A program made the translations under genes and the position numbers. Source: Candidatus Latescibacterota bacterium (lineage in GTDB: Bacteria > Latescibacterota > UBA2968 > GCA-2709665). From it: a stretch of 64,000 nucleotides of DNA. Shown here one piece after another: positions 31,901-41,093 of this stretch (the first letter of the stretch is position 1; each line of letters opens with the position of its first letter). The notes below the pieces were generated by a model. The model did no database searches. It was not told the origin of the DNA and was given only the letters and a program-made list of their open reading frames with translations. Where the stretch lies: the NCBI GenBank assembly GCA_965219455.1, contig OZ244744.1, positions 4,192,001 through 4,256,000 on the forward strand, read 5' to 3'.

Positions 31901-33571
31901 TCACTGCGTAGTCTCGTCGTCCAACTGCTTCAACTCGTCGGCGATTTCATCCATCAGGATTACGAGGTCGACAACATCATGGCTGGTTATAGTACCCAGG
32001 AACCTGTCTGATTCCTCATCCTGGACCGGTATCACGGACAATGAATGACGCGACATCTCCTGAAGAACGTCTTCGATGGGCTCGTCGGGGACGGCATAAG
32101 GCGGGTCCGGGCGCAGCACATTTCGGAGGGGTGTGTCCGCCCAGGATCCCATGGGAACAGACGTCAGCCGCGCTGGAGACACGATCCCCGCGACGGCGCC
32201 TTTGTCGACCACGACGTAGTCCTGTTGATCCGGCACGATCCAGTCATCGGCAAAACTTCTGATCGACAGTGTTGCTTCGGGATAGGTCCGGGACGGGTCC
32301 AGTACGTGACCGGCTGTAATGTCGTCCAGCGCGCGCCGCGCGAAGGACGTCGGCACGACTTCTGGCGGCGTGGGGCGGTGGGTCAGGCGCGCTCTGGTGA
32401 CCGCCGCGGAGATTGCCAGTGGCATCAGCACGATATAGCCGAGCATTGCAAGCACGACCACCGAGAACACTTCCTGTCCGATCACGCCGTTTTCGAGGAG
32501 TACAAGCAGAAGCGCGATCTCTGCCACGCCCTTGGCCATCAGTCCGGCCGCCTGCGCGTAGGGTTTGTCGAGGCGAGCCACGTAGGCACCGATGAACGCG
32601 CCCGCGAACTTTCCCGCCGCGGGAATCGTTAGTATCGCGACAATGGTCGCCAAAGGCAGAGACAAAAAAGAAAAGTCCAGGCGCAAGCCCGCCGAGGCGA
32701 AAAAAAGTGGTACGAACAGGCCCTCTGCTGCGCTTCGAATGCCCGGCATAACGTCGTTGCGCACCTGACGCGGCAGGCCCGACAGGGCCGCGCCGAAAAG
32801 CAGGGCGCCGAGGGATCCGTGAAGGCCTATTTCCTCGGCCACGACGACCATTAAACACAGACCGCCAATCAGCAGACCGAACGACAACTCGGGTACGTTA
32901 AAGAATCGTTTCAAAAAGAGAATCGTCGTCGGCATGATTCTTGCGGACAGAATCCATGCCACGACCGCGAAAGCCGCGACCTCCGCCAGCAGAAACACCA
33001 CACTGACGGCACCCATGAAATGGTCGTGTGCGCCAATGGTACGCTCGCCGATGCTGAACCCGACCACCAGGAGCGTGATCATCTCGGCGATAATGACCGT
33101 TGTGAAGATCTCGAGCCCGAGTGGTTCTTTAAGATACCCCTTGTCTGCGAGTACCTTTGCCACAAGTCCCATGCTTGACATCGACAGGATGCCGGCGAGC
33201 GCCAGTGCATCCTTAAAATGGAGTTCGAGGGCAAAATTCACCCCGAACAGGTTCGACGTGACCACCATGGCCGCAAACATGGAGATCACAACAGACAGTG
33301 TGGCGGCACAAAAAAAACGCCCGCGGATGGTTGCCACGAAGCCGGGGATGTCGATCTCGTCGAGACCGACAAGGAAGAAGAGGATAAAGACGCCAATACC
33401 CAGGAAGACCTGAAGCTTGCTCGTCGGTTCAATGATCCCGGCGACGGGTCCGAGCAGGATACCGGCCGCCGTGTAGGCCACGATCGAACTCAAGCCAATC
33501 CGGTCGAGGAGGCATTCGAGGAGTTTGGCTACGACGATGAGCAACCCGATCGGCAGCAGGTTTTCGATCAT
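31901..33571 (-). CDS. Cation:proton antiporter (CPA2/KefB-like) with C-terminal CBS pair
   Basis: About 12 TM helices, 'AGILLGP', 'LFVPLFFASAG', 'GKFAG'; C-terminal CBS-like 'VVVDKG..AGIVS' and 'IPVQDE...LGTIT'. Confidence 0.85.
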   Translation of the reverse strand: MIENLLPIGLLIVVAKLLECLLDRIGLSSIVAYTAAGILLGPVAGIIEPTSKLQVFLGIGVFILFFLVGLDEIDIPGFVATIRGRFFCAATLSVVISMFAAMVVTSNLFGVNFALELHFKDALALAGILSMSSMGLVAKVLADKGYLKEPLGLEIFTTVIIAEMITLLVVGFSIGERTIGAHDHFMGAVSVVFLLAEVAAFAVVAWILSARIMPTTILFLKRFFNVPELSFGLLIGGLCLMVVVAEEIGLHGSLGALLFGAALSGLPRQVRNDVMPGIRSAAEGLFVPLFFASAGLRLDFSFLSLPLATIVAILTIPAAGKFAGAFIGAYVARLDKPYAQAAGLMAKGVAEIALLLVLLENGVIGQEVFSVVVLAMLGYIVLMPLAISAAVTRARLTHRPTPPEVVPTSFARRALDDITAGHVLDPSRTYPEATLSIRSFADDWIVPDQQDYVVVDKGAVAGIVSPARLTSVPMGSWADTPLRNVLRPDPPYAVPDEPIEDVLQEMSRHSLSVIPVQDEESDRFLGTITSHDVVDLVILMDEIADELKQLDDETTQ

Positions 33572-33777
33572 GGTCGGCCTTTCAGTTTCTCGGGAGATTC
33601 GGGAGGAACCCTCTGGTTCCAGGACAAAACGCGGCCGCCACGCCGTCCATTCTAAGTGCCGATGACGTGAATGATCGTCCAGAGGACCCGGTATGGCTAC
33701 GGTGTCATTTCCACCCGTGGTGCTGTTTCAGCGAATCGCATTCTGCTTCTGTAGAGCAGTCCCGGACCAACCATCTC

Positions 33778-34122
33778 CTAACCTCCGACCGCTGCCAGCG
33801 CTTCGGACCGGGAGGCGTAAACCGGTATAATTTTGTCGAACCCGCTGATCTCGAAGACCTCCCTGATTGGTTCCGAGAGCGAACAGACCACGAATTCCTT
33901 TTCTGACTTCCGAAGCGTCCTGGCGGTCAGCAGAATGACCCGAAGGCCCGCGCTGCTTATATATGAAAGCCCTTCGAAATCCACAATCACGGCTCGCCCG
34001 TCTTCGTGCTGGGTGATTGCGGAATCGAGCGCTTCCTCGAACTCACGGGCATTGGACCCGTCGACGCGACCCTCGGCCTTCGCGATCAAGGTGCCGTTGT
34101 CCCGTTCGGTGTTAACCTCCAT
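33778..34122 (-). CDS. STAS-domain anti-anti-sigma factor (RsbV-like)
   Basis: 'GRVDGSNA', phosphoacceptor motif 'YISSAGLRV', 'EVFEISGF'; AAGGAG RBS. Confidence 0.93.
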   Translation of the reverse strand: MEVNTERDNGTLIAKAEGRVDGSNAREFEEALDSAITQHEDGRAVIVDFEGLSYISSAGLRVILLTARTLRKSEKEFVVCSLSEPIREVFEISGFDKIIPVYASRSEALAAVGG

Positions 34123-34596
34123 CGACCGATCTCCTTATTTATTGTGACTCTGCCTCTCAATTACGATATATTAGAATACATTGACGGATGTGCGCCGAAA
34201 CGATTAGATAATAGTATTCGTTCGATATGTCAAGTATTTTGTTCAAGATTGCAGCACACGGAATTGCCGCATCGTTCCCATTTGCAAAGGCCCTTCGTTC
34301 CAGGTCGCCACCCCCGGGCGTGACGGGCGGGAAAGGAAGGAATAGTGTTCTGTCCCGGAAATAGATTGCTTGAATTCGGCCGCCGAGTCGCCCGGCTCGC
34401 ATCCTTCGACAGGCTCCTAGGCACAAACGAGAAACATTTCCTGGTCTTGCGAGTCATATAACATGGTTGGATCATGTTGAACCTGGTTTGGCATTCGTAA
34501 AGTCAATCACAGTTAGCAACTGTAAACGGATCGATGTATCGTCGGACGGCAGGACGGCGACTATCGCAAGTAACTTTCCAAAGAAGGGGGATCGCA

Positions 34597-35565
34597 ATGT
34601 CTGGTTGGATTCGAAGCGTGTTTCTGTTGACGATGGCCGCAGGCGTGATATCCGGCTGCGGCGGTGACCGCGTTACCACCTCAATGGCGCCGGAAGCGGA
34701 CCCGCTTGCTGAGGGGGTCAACCCCGCAGCCCGGCAGGGGCACGCAGGACAGCCGTTGGGCAAACTGGCGATAGATGGGAATATGACGCAGGCCGTGGTT
34801 GTGGCAACGGTGCGGCAGGGCGGCGCGGCGCTTAGCGGCGTGACCGTGGAGTTGTCACGTTCTGTCTCGGGTTTAGCGACGGATTATGCATGGTCGGGCG
34901 CAACCGATGCGAACGGTGAGGCGCGCGTGGTGATTGGGGGAGGTAATGTAAGCGGTTACTATCGGGTGCGCGCCACTCAGGACGGGGTCGTGCTGGATTC
35001 CTGGTCGAGCATTCCGGTCAATGGCGGATACGAAGTGACTGTTGAACTGCCCGTTGGCGGGAAGGCGCGAGTGACGGGTTCATCGCCCCTTCCGAGCATT
35101 ATCGGTTCCTGGGGATACGTGGGAACGGATATGGTTGAGACGATAAGCGAGAACCTGGTGAATGCTATCCTCGAGCAGGGTCTGGTGGATAGTGCGACTG
35201 CCGTCTTTATCGTCAAGGAATTTACAGGCGATCTGGAGAGCAGCCTCCGCGACAGTGTCTGGTCGCCGATCCGGCGTCTTGATGCAGACGGCACTTTTGA
35301 GGGCCAGGACAGCACGGGTGCGTGGTCCGATACGGGTACCTGGAAGGTGAACGGCGATATTCTCACAATGGTGGAAGAAGACGGGCTGATTATGGAATGC
35401 TCGTTCGACGTGGAGGGGGACAACCTGACGCTCACGTTCACCAGGGAGCAATACATGCGGATTGTCCTGCAGTCGGCAGGGGAGTTGAACGAGGAGGACC
35501 AGCAGTTCTTTGATGCCATGCTCAAGGCGGACGACACGATCAGATTCTTCTTCGAAGCCCGTTAG
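34597..35565 (+). CDS. Lipoprotein with N-terminal Ig/carboxypeptidase-regulatory-like module and C-terminal lipocalin-like domain
   Basis: Lipobox ISGC; beta-rich 'GVTVELSRSVSG...GATDANGEA' module; 'IIGSW' and 'GTWKVNGDILT' lipocalin-like motifs. Start at MSGWI. Confidence 0.6.
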   Translation: MSGWIRSVFLLTMAAGVISGCGGDRVTTSMAPEADPLAEGVNPAARQGHAGQPLGKLAIDGNMTQAVVVATVRQGGAALSGVTVELSRSVSGLATDYAWSGATDANGEARVVIGGGNVSGYYRVRATQDGVVLDSWSSIPVNGGYEVTVELPVGGKARVTGSSPLPSIIGSWGYVGTDMVETISENLVNAILEQGLVDSATAVFIVKEFTGDLESSLRDSVWSPIRRLDADGTFEGQDSTGAWSDTGTWKVNGDILTMVEEDGLIMECSFDVEGDNLTLTFTREQYMRIVLQSAGELNEEDQQFFDAMLKADDTIRFFFEAR

Positions 35566-35783
35566 CCGCGGGATAAAGGTAAGTCAGGGGACCTGTGCTT
35601 CCCTGATCCCGTTCACGAAGCATGAATGAAGGATAAGAAATCCACTCTATGGCAGACTAAACGCGCCGGGAGCGAGTCCATCGCCCCCGGCGCGTTCGTT
35701 TTTTGACGAAAATTCGCACGACAACCAATTGCCGAGCGGACCGCGTGGGCAGTTGATGTTGCCAACACCCTTCGCTGCGTTCC

Positions 35784-35999
35784 CTACTCGCAGCGTACGA
35801 GAGGCCCAGTCCGAAGGCACGACGAACGGAGTTGACTCGTTGCATGCCCTGTGCCGCATCCGATCTCCAGGATTCTTCCATCGTCAGGAATCCCCGATAG
35901 GCATTCGACGCCGCCAATTGGTTCGCCGGGGTACCTGGGCCTGATTTCATCGTAACGGCATGCGACGCTGTCGAAGGTATTTCGTCGAGAGTCGGGCAT
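35784..35999 (-). pseudogene. Truncated class I SAM-dependent methyltransferase (N-terminal fragment)
   Basis: 'TFDSVACRYDEIRPRYP...RILEIGCGTGHAT' followed by loss of similarity and an early stop. Confidence 0.65.
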
Positions 36000-36358
36000 C
36001 GTATTCGTCCTGGCGGTCAGCATTCCAGCTTTATCGATATTCAAGGGTGCTATCGCGTAGCGCCTGGAATTCGAGGGTCTCCCATAATGATGTCCATGAA
36101 CGGGTCCAGGCGGCTCCGGATCTTTGCGACATCCCGAATCGTCACGCGCGTGTGAAAGTTTACGTGGCGGCCGCTGGATAAGATAATTCTCCACAATTGC
36201 AGTGTCAAACTTGGCCAGGCCTATTATCGCTCAAGAGAATGGCTTGACCAGCGACACTTGTGACGCCTTGGAGCGCGCCCGGAATACTCGGGGAAGGGAG
36301 TCTTCGGTCGCGGACCATCAGCGGGACGACTGGTTACGAGGCCGTTGTAGGCGGTACC

Positions 36359-37678
36359 CTACGGGTAGAGTCTTTTGGGCCCTCGATAGACGTACGTGAC
36401 TTCCCGGACGTTGTTGTATCCAAGCAGGATCATGAGCATTCGGGTGAGGCCAAAGCCGAATCCGCCGTGGGGCGGACATCCATATTTGAAAAAGTCCAGG
36501 TAGAACCGGAGCGGTTCTAAACTGAGACCTTTTTTTGCGGCTTGGGCAGCCAGAATTTCAGGGCGGTGTTCTCGCTGAGCGCCGGTGGTGAGTTCCAGGC
36601 CATTCCAAAGCAGGTCGAAGCTCTTTGTGACGGTAGGATCCTCTGGATACCTCATGTGATAGAACGGGCGGACGGATACGGGATAGTCGGTAAGGAAGAC
36701 GAATTCGTGACCGTATGTTTTTTGGATGTATTCGCACAGGATGCGCTCTCCCTGAGGGCACAGGTCGCCCTGTCTTTGTGGCGGGGGCGTGTAACCCAGT
36801 TCCGCTAGTCGGACGACGGCTTCTTCCATGGCGATTCGTGGGAAGGGATAAGCCGGAACGGTGACTTGACGGCCGAAGTGTTCGGCGATTGATTCGCCAT
36901 GGGATTTTTGCACGGCGAACAGTATGTGGCAGAGCCATTGTTCTTCAAAGACCATTAGATCCTCGTGGGAGCGGATCCAGGCAATTTCAACGTCGACGCT
37001 GGTGAATTCGGTGTCGTGGCGCGACGTGAACGAGGGGTTCGCTCTGAAGACGGGGCCAATTTCAAAGACTTTGTCGAAACCGGCAGCCATGGCCATCTGC
37101 TTGTAGAACTGGGGCGACTGAGCGAGGTAGGCTGTGGTGTCGAAATATGGAAGTTCAAAGAGTTCGGCGCCGGATTCGCTTGCGCTGCCCATGATTTTCG
37201 GGGTATGTATTTCGATGAATCCCTCTTGCTCCCAGAAGTTACGCATAGCGGCTTGGACGGTGGTCTGGATCTGGAAGAGCAGATGGTTCTCCGGTCGGCG
37301 CAGATCCAAATGTCGCCAGTCAAGCCTTGGTTCCAGACCGGGTGGATCCTCGCCAAATGGTTCGATAGGTAGTGGTGAGGCCGCCTTGTTTTCGATGTCA
37401 AGTTCGGCCAGTTGAATTTCGATGCCGCCGAGGCGGACGTTTGGATTCTTCACGACGCGGCCAGTGACTCGAACGGCGGATTCACGGGTAAGGGTGGAAA
37501 CTATGATTGCCAGGCCGGGATTCTGTTGTTTTTTGTGGACGACCTGGACCTTTCCCGTGGGATTGCGGAGAATGATGAATTGCATTTGTTTCTGGTCGCG
37601 AATGGTCTGTACCCATCCTCGAAGGGTGACGGTTTGTCCATTGTGATGACTGAGTCGGGGTATGGATATGTTTCTCAT
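36359..37678 (-). CDS. aspS: Archaeal-type aspartate--tRNA ligase (probably non-discriminating Asp/Asn)
   Basis: About 440 aa with no GAD insertion; OB-fold 'LRGWVQTIRDQ', 'YLAQSPQFYKQ', motif 2 'FRANPS..RH..EF', motif 3 'PPHGGFGFGLTR'; AAGGAG RBS. Confidence 0.92.
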   Translation of the reverse strand: MRNISIPRLSHHNGQTVTLRGWVQTIRDQKQMQFIILRNPTGKVQVVHKKQQNPGLAIIVSTLTRESAVRVTGRVVKNPNVRLGGIEIQLAELDIENKAASPLPIEPFGEDPPGLEPRLDWRHLDLRRPENHLLFQIQTTVQAAMRNFWEQEGFIEIHTPKIMGSASESGAELFELPYFDTTAYLAQSPQFYKQMAMAAGFDKVFEIGPVFRANPSFTSRHDTEFTSVDVEIAWIRSHEDLMVFEEQWLCHILFAVQKSHGESIAEHFGRQVTVPAYPFPRIAMEEAVVRLAELGYTPPPQRQGDLCPQGERILCEYIQKTYGHEFVFLTDYPVSVRPFYHMRYPEDPTVTKSFDLLWNGLELTTGAQREHRPEILAAQAAKKGLSLEPLRFYLDFFKYGCPPHGGFGFGLTRMLMILLGYNNVREVTYVYRGPKRLYP

Positions 37679-37722
37679 GTGATAATGCTCCTTTTTTAAG
37701 AGGTCTGAGTTTTCAGGCATGG

Positions 37723-37757
37723 AAAAACCGCCGCTGGTGTGCGACCAACGGCGGGTT
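37723..37757 (-). terminator. Attenuator terminator upstream of aspS
   Basis: Minus strand AACCCGCCGTTGGT-CGCAC-ACCAGCGGCGG-TTTTT; its 5' arm is perfectly complementary over 11 nt to 37796-37806 (antiterminator). Confidence 0.8.
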
Positions 37758-37775
37758 GTGTTTCAGAGTAAGTTT

Positions 37776-37916
37776 TCAGCCATATATCGGCCCGGCCCGC
37801 CGTTGGATAGGGTCATGGTGGTTATTATGGTGGTCGGGATTGACGTCCAGGCATACGGCTGGCGCGAGAGATTTCTGCGGGGTTGTGATGCGGAAGATAG
37901 AACAAGCCATGGTCAT
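37776..37916 (-). CDS. aspS leader peptide, Asp/Asn/His-rich (46 aa)
   Basis: AGGAG RBS, then MTMACSIFRITTPQKSLAPAVCLDVNPDHHNNHHDPIQRRAGPIYG*; the control codons sit immediately 5' of the antiterminator. Confidence 0.75.
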   Translation of the reverse strand: MTMACSIFRITTPQKSLAPAVCLDVNPDHHNNHHDPIQRRAGPIYG

Positions 37917-38077
37917 TGTATTGGTCTCCTGGTTCCGCACATCACCTATTGCCAACATTTACGAATTTAAGGAGTTTTCACGGGCGACACCGAAGCAATG
38001 CTCCGTTGGACGCCACCTTGAGTGTCATGCGCCCGCACTCAGAATACGTCAGAACACGCACAAGGTGCCGGGAAACC

Positions 38078-40526
38078 CTATTGCGCTTCGATGGCCGCCG
38101 TAACGATCTCGCCGTTCAGTATGACGTGAAGGCCGGGATCGAGCGGGTTGTTAAGCACGACGTCTAAATCACGCGCACGCGTGATGCTGGTCAGATCCGA
38201 TTCGGCCTCCTTCAGTGCCAATGAGAGCGCCTGATCATTTACGGTAAGTTGCAGCCGTTTCAGGGGTGCGCTGAGTGAGAGATTGGCGTTGCTCTTGTAA
38301 CGTCGGACCGCAGTGGCGATCTCAACCAGGAGGTTGCCATTTGTTTCGGCGCGTTCGTCTAAAAATCGCGGGTTCACGGACGGCCAGGTGGAGATGTGGA
38401 TGGATTCACCGTTCTCTGCGAACAGTCCAACGTAGATCTCTTCGGTTACGTAAGGCAGAAACGGCGCAAAGAGGTGGATGCAGGTTCGAAGCACGTGGCT
38501 GAGTGTATATTGCGCACCACCGGTTCCGATCCCGGTCTCGTCATACAGACGCCGCTTGGCCATTTCAAGGTAGTTGTCCGCCAGGTCTCGCCAGAAGAAG
38601 GTTTCGGTTTCACTCCTGGCGAGAGCGTATTGATAGTTTTGGAAAAAGCCGGTTGCCCGATCGATAAGGCGTTGTGTCCGCGCCAGGATCCAGCGGTCCG
38701 CGGGGGTCAGGAGTGGAGGTTCGACTGGAGTGCGGTATCCTTGTAGAAACCGTTCGCTGAAGCGGGCCACATTCCAGAGTTTGGTGACCAGTTTGTGACC
38801 GGCCTGGATTCTTTCTTCGCTGATTACCGTGTCTTTGCCGAATCCCGTTCCGGCCGCCCAATAACGCACGGCGTCGGCGGAATATTTCTCGATTATGTCT
38901 ATCGGCGCGGCCGGTCCGCCTCCTCGGCTCTTGCTGATTTTCCCCGTGCCTTCCGGAGCCAGGCCCCATCCGGAAATGCATATTTCCTTCCAGGGTATCT
39001 GTCCAAAATGGTGGTGAGATTTGACAATGGTGTAGAAAGCCCAGGTCCGAATGATTTCGTGTGACTGGGTGCGCATGGACATGGGGTAGACGTCCTGATA
39101 GAGCTCGTTGTCGCATAACCAACCTGCCGCGATTTGAGGACTGAGCGATGAAGTAGCCCAGGTGTCCATAACGTCCGTATCGGCTACCCAATCGTTGGCG
39201 CCGCAAGTACACCTTGCACGCGGGCAGGTTTCGAGCGGGTCCAATGGCAGTTCGGCTTCTGGCGCCACGGTGATCTTACCGCAGCCACCGCAATACCACA
39301 CCGGAAACGGGATGCCAAAATGGCGTTGGCGGGAGATACACCAGTCCCCAGTGCAGGTTTTCGATCCATTCAATGTAACGGGCTTTCATGTGCGGGGGAT
39401 GCCACCTGATATCTTCGCCCAGTTCGAGCCAACGGCTTTTGAAGTCAAGGACACGGATGAACCACTGCGGAGCGACGATGTATTCCACCGGCGTGTCGCA
39501 GCGATCGTGGACCCGAACGGACTGAGGTGCGGGCCGCCTGTCCACCATCAAGCCGCGTTCATCGAGTGTCTTCACGATCTGTCGTCTGGCTTCGGACACG
39601 GAAAGGCCTTCGAGAATGCCGGAACCCGCGGTCATCCTGCCGTTCCTGTCGATGGCGGAGACCAGCGGCAGGTTGTGTGAACGCCACCAGGCCACGTCCG
39701 CAGCGTCGCCGAAGGTGCAGCACATCACAGCGCCCGTGCCTGTTTCGGGATCCGCCCCTGTATCCTGCAGTACGGGCACATGATGGCCATAAAGGGGGAC
39801 TGAGACATTGCGGCCGATGAATGAACTATAGCGTTCGTCACTTGGATGGACGAAAATCGCCGCACATGCGGACAGAAGTTCCGGCCGGGTGGTGGCGATC
39901 GGCAGTGACATGCCCCCTTCAAGGTGGAAGTGCACGGTGACGAATTCACTCTCCCGTTCAATTTCGTTCAGTTCGGCCTGTGCGATTGCGGTTCCGCATT
40001 CCGGGCACCAGATAGCCGGCGCCTTTTTGCGGTAGACCAGTCCTTTGTCTAACAGGTCTATAAATGACTTCTGTGCAATGCGGCGGGCGGTGTCGCCCGC
40101 TGTGCGATAGGTATGTGACCAATCGACCGAAAGCCCCAGGCGAAGCCAGAGGTTCTCGTATTCGCGTTCAATGGCTTCACCGTGGTACATGCATTTTTCG
40201 ATAAACGCCTGACGGCCGAGTCCCGATGCGCTTGTTCCAAGGCGTTTTTCCACCAGGCGTTCGGTGGGGAGACCGTTGTCGTCATACCCCATCGGGTAGA
40301 AGACGCGCCGGCCGTTCATTCGCCAGAAGCGAGCCATGAAGTCGGCATGGCTATAGGAGTAGACGTGACCCATGTGGAGTTTTCCGGACACGGTCGCAGG
40401 AGGCGTGTCGATGGCGTACACGGGGCCTTCGGCCAGCCTTTCGAATTTGTAGATGTCCGACAGTCGCCAGCGCGCCTGAAGGCGAAGCTCTGTTTCCTGT
40501 GGGCGATATCGTTTGGATGAGGCCAT
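38078..40526 (-). pseudogene. valS: Archaeal-type (short) valine--tRNA ligase split by a single +1 frameshift
   Basis: 'IDTPPATVSGKLHMGH' (HIGH), 'DWCISRQR', 'DTWATSS', 'KISKS' (KMSKS); an extra G in TGG-G-GAC (plus-strand CCCC at 39346-39349) breaks ENLHW|DWCISRQR. May be a sequencing error. Confidence 0.88.
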
Positions 40527-40581
40527 TCTGATTCTCCCGGGAGGAAAATTCAACTCTTCGATTCCATAGATTTCGTTCCTC

Positions 40582-40767
40582 TCAACCGTCGAAGACGGCG
40601 AGTTCGAGGATCTTGAAATTACAGACTACATCCTGAAATCCTATCCGCCGCAGCCAATCGCGGTGTACCCTTGCGGCGGCCGGCATATTGGCCTGTTTGC
40701 CCTCCCGGTGGTAATATTCGTAAGCCATCTGTACGGATTGCCGCAATATCCCTTCCCGCCTCACCAT
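40582..40767 (-). pseudogene. C-terminal remnant of a class I methyltransferase
   Basis: 'DWLRRIGFQDVVCNFKILELAVFDG' resembles the C-terminus of small SAM methyltransferases; no SAM-binding motif remains. Confidence 0.45.
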
Positions 40768-40791
40768 CAGAATTCCTTGTAGTGTGAATAC

Positions 40792-40826
40792 AAAAAAAAA
40801 CCGCCATCGAGTGGACTCGATGGCGG
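40792..40826 (-). terminator. Attenuator terminator upstream of valS
   Basis: Minus strand CCGCCATCGAG-TCCA-CTCGATGGCGG followed by T9; alternative pairing partner ATGGCGG at 40865-40871. Confidence 0.85.
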
Positions 40827-40852
40827 GATAATGATTCTCTTCGTTTTCGCTG

Positions 40853-40978
40853 CTATACCATAAGCCGCCATAGGGTCCTATGATTATTGGCCGAATTGAC
40901 ATCGTTTACAGGGCGTACGGCGTCGTCTACACTTCGCGGCAGCGTGAGGTTCAGGAACCGGTGGCTGTTGACGTTCAT
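40853..40978 (-). CDS. valS leader peptide, Val/Asp/Asn-rich (41 aa)
   Basis: MNVNSHRFLNLTLPRSVDDAVRPVNDVNSANNHRTLWRLMV*, lying between a consensus promoter and the terminator. Confidence 0.7.
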   Translation of the reverse strand: MNVNSHRFLNLTLPRSVDDAVRPVNDVNSANNHRTLWRLMV

Positions 40979-41020
40979 GATATTCTCTGTGTTGTAGGTT
41001 TCCGGCATCGAATTCACAAT

Positions 41021-41049
41021 AATATAGAAGACCGTCCCGATGATGTCAA
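41021..41049 (-). promoter_or_regulatory. sigma70-type promoter of the valS-aspS leader
   Basis: Minus strand reads TTGACA-17 bp-TATATT. Confidence 0.7.
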
Positions 41050-41093
41050 GGCGATTCCGGATTCTACCGGCCCTTACGCCCGTGTCCATGCCC

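Noticed and set aside
37805-37850. thrL-like Thr/Ile/Met leader (TSIPTTIITTMT) in the +1 frame of the aspS leader
   Set aside because: That frame has a stop at 37915 and no start codon before the run; NAC/NAT runs automatically read ACN/ATN when shifted by one base.
37720-41050. T-box riboswitches before valS and aspS
   Set aside because: I saw no T-box consensus (GGTGGNACC) or stem I motifs; leader ORFs with terminator/antiterminator pairs explain the regions.
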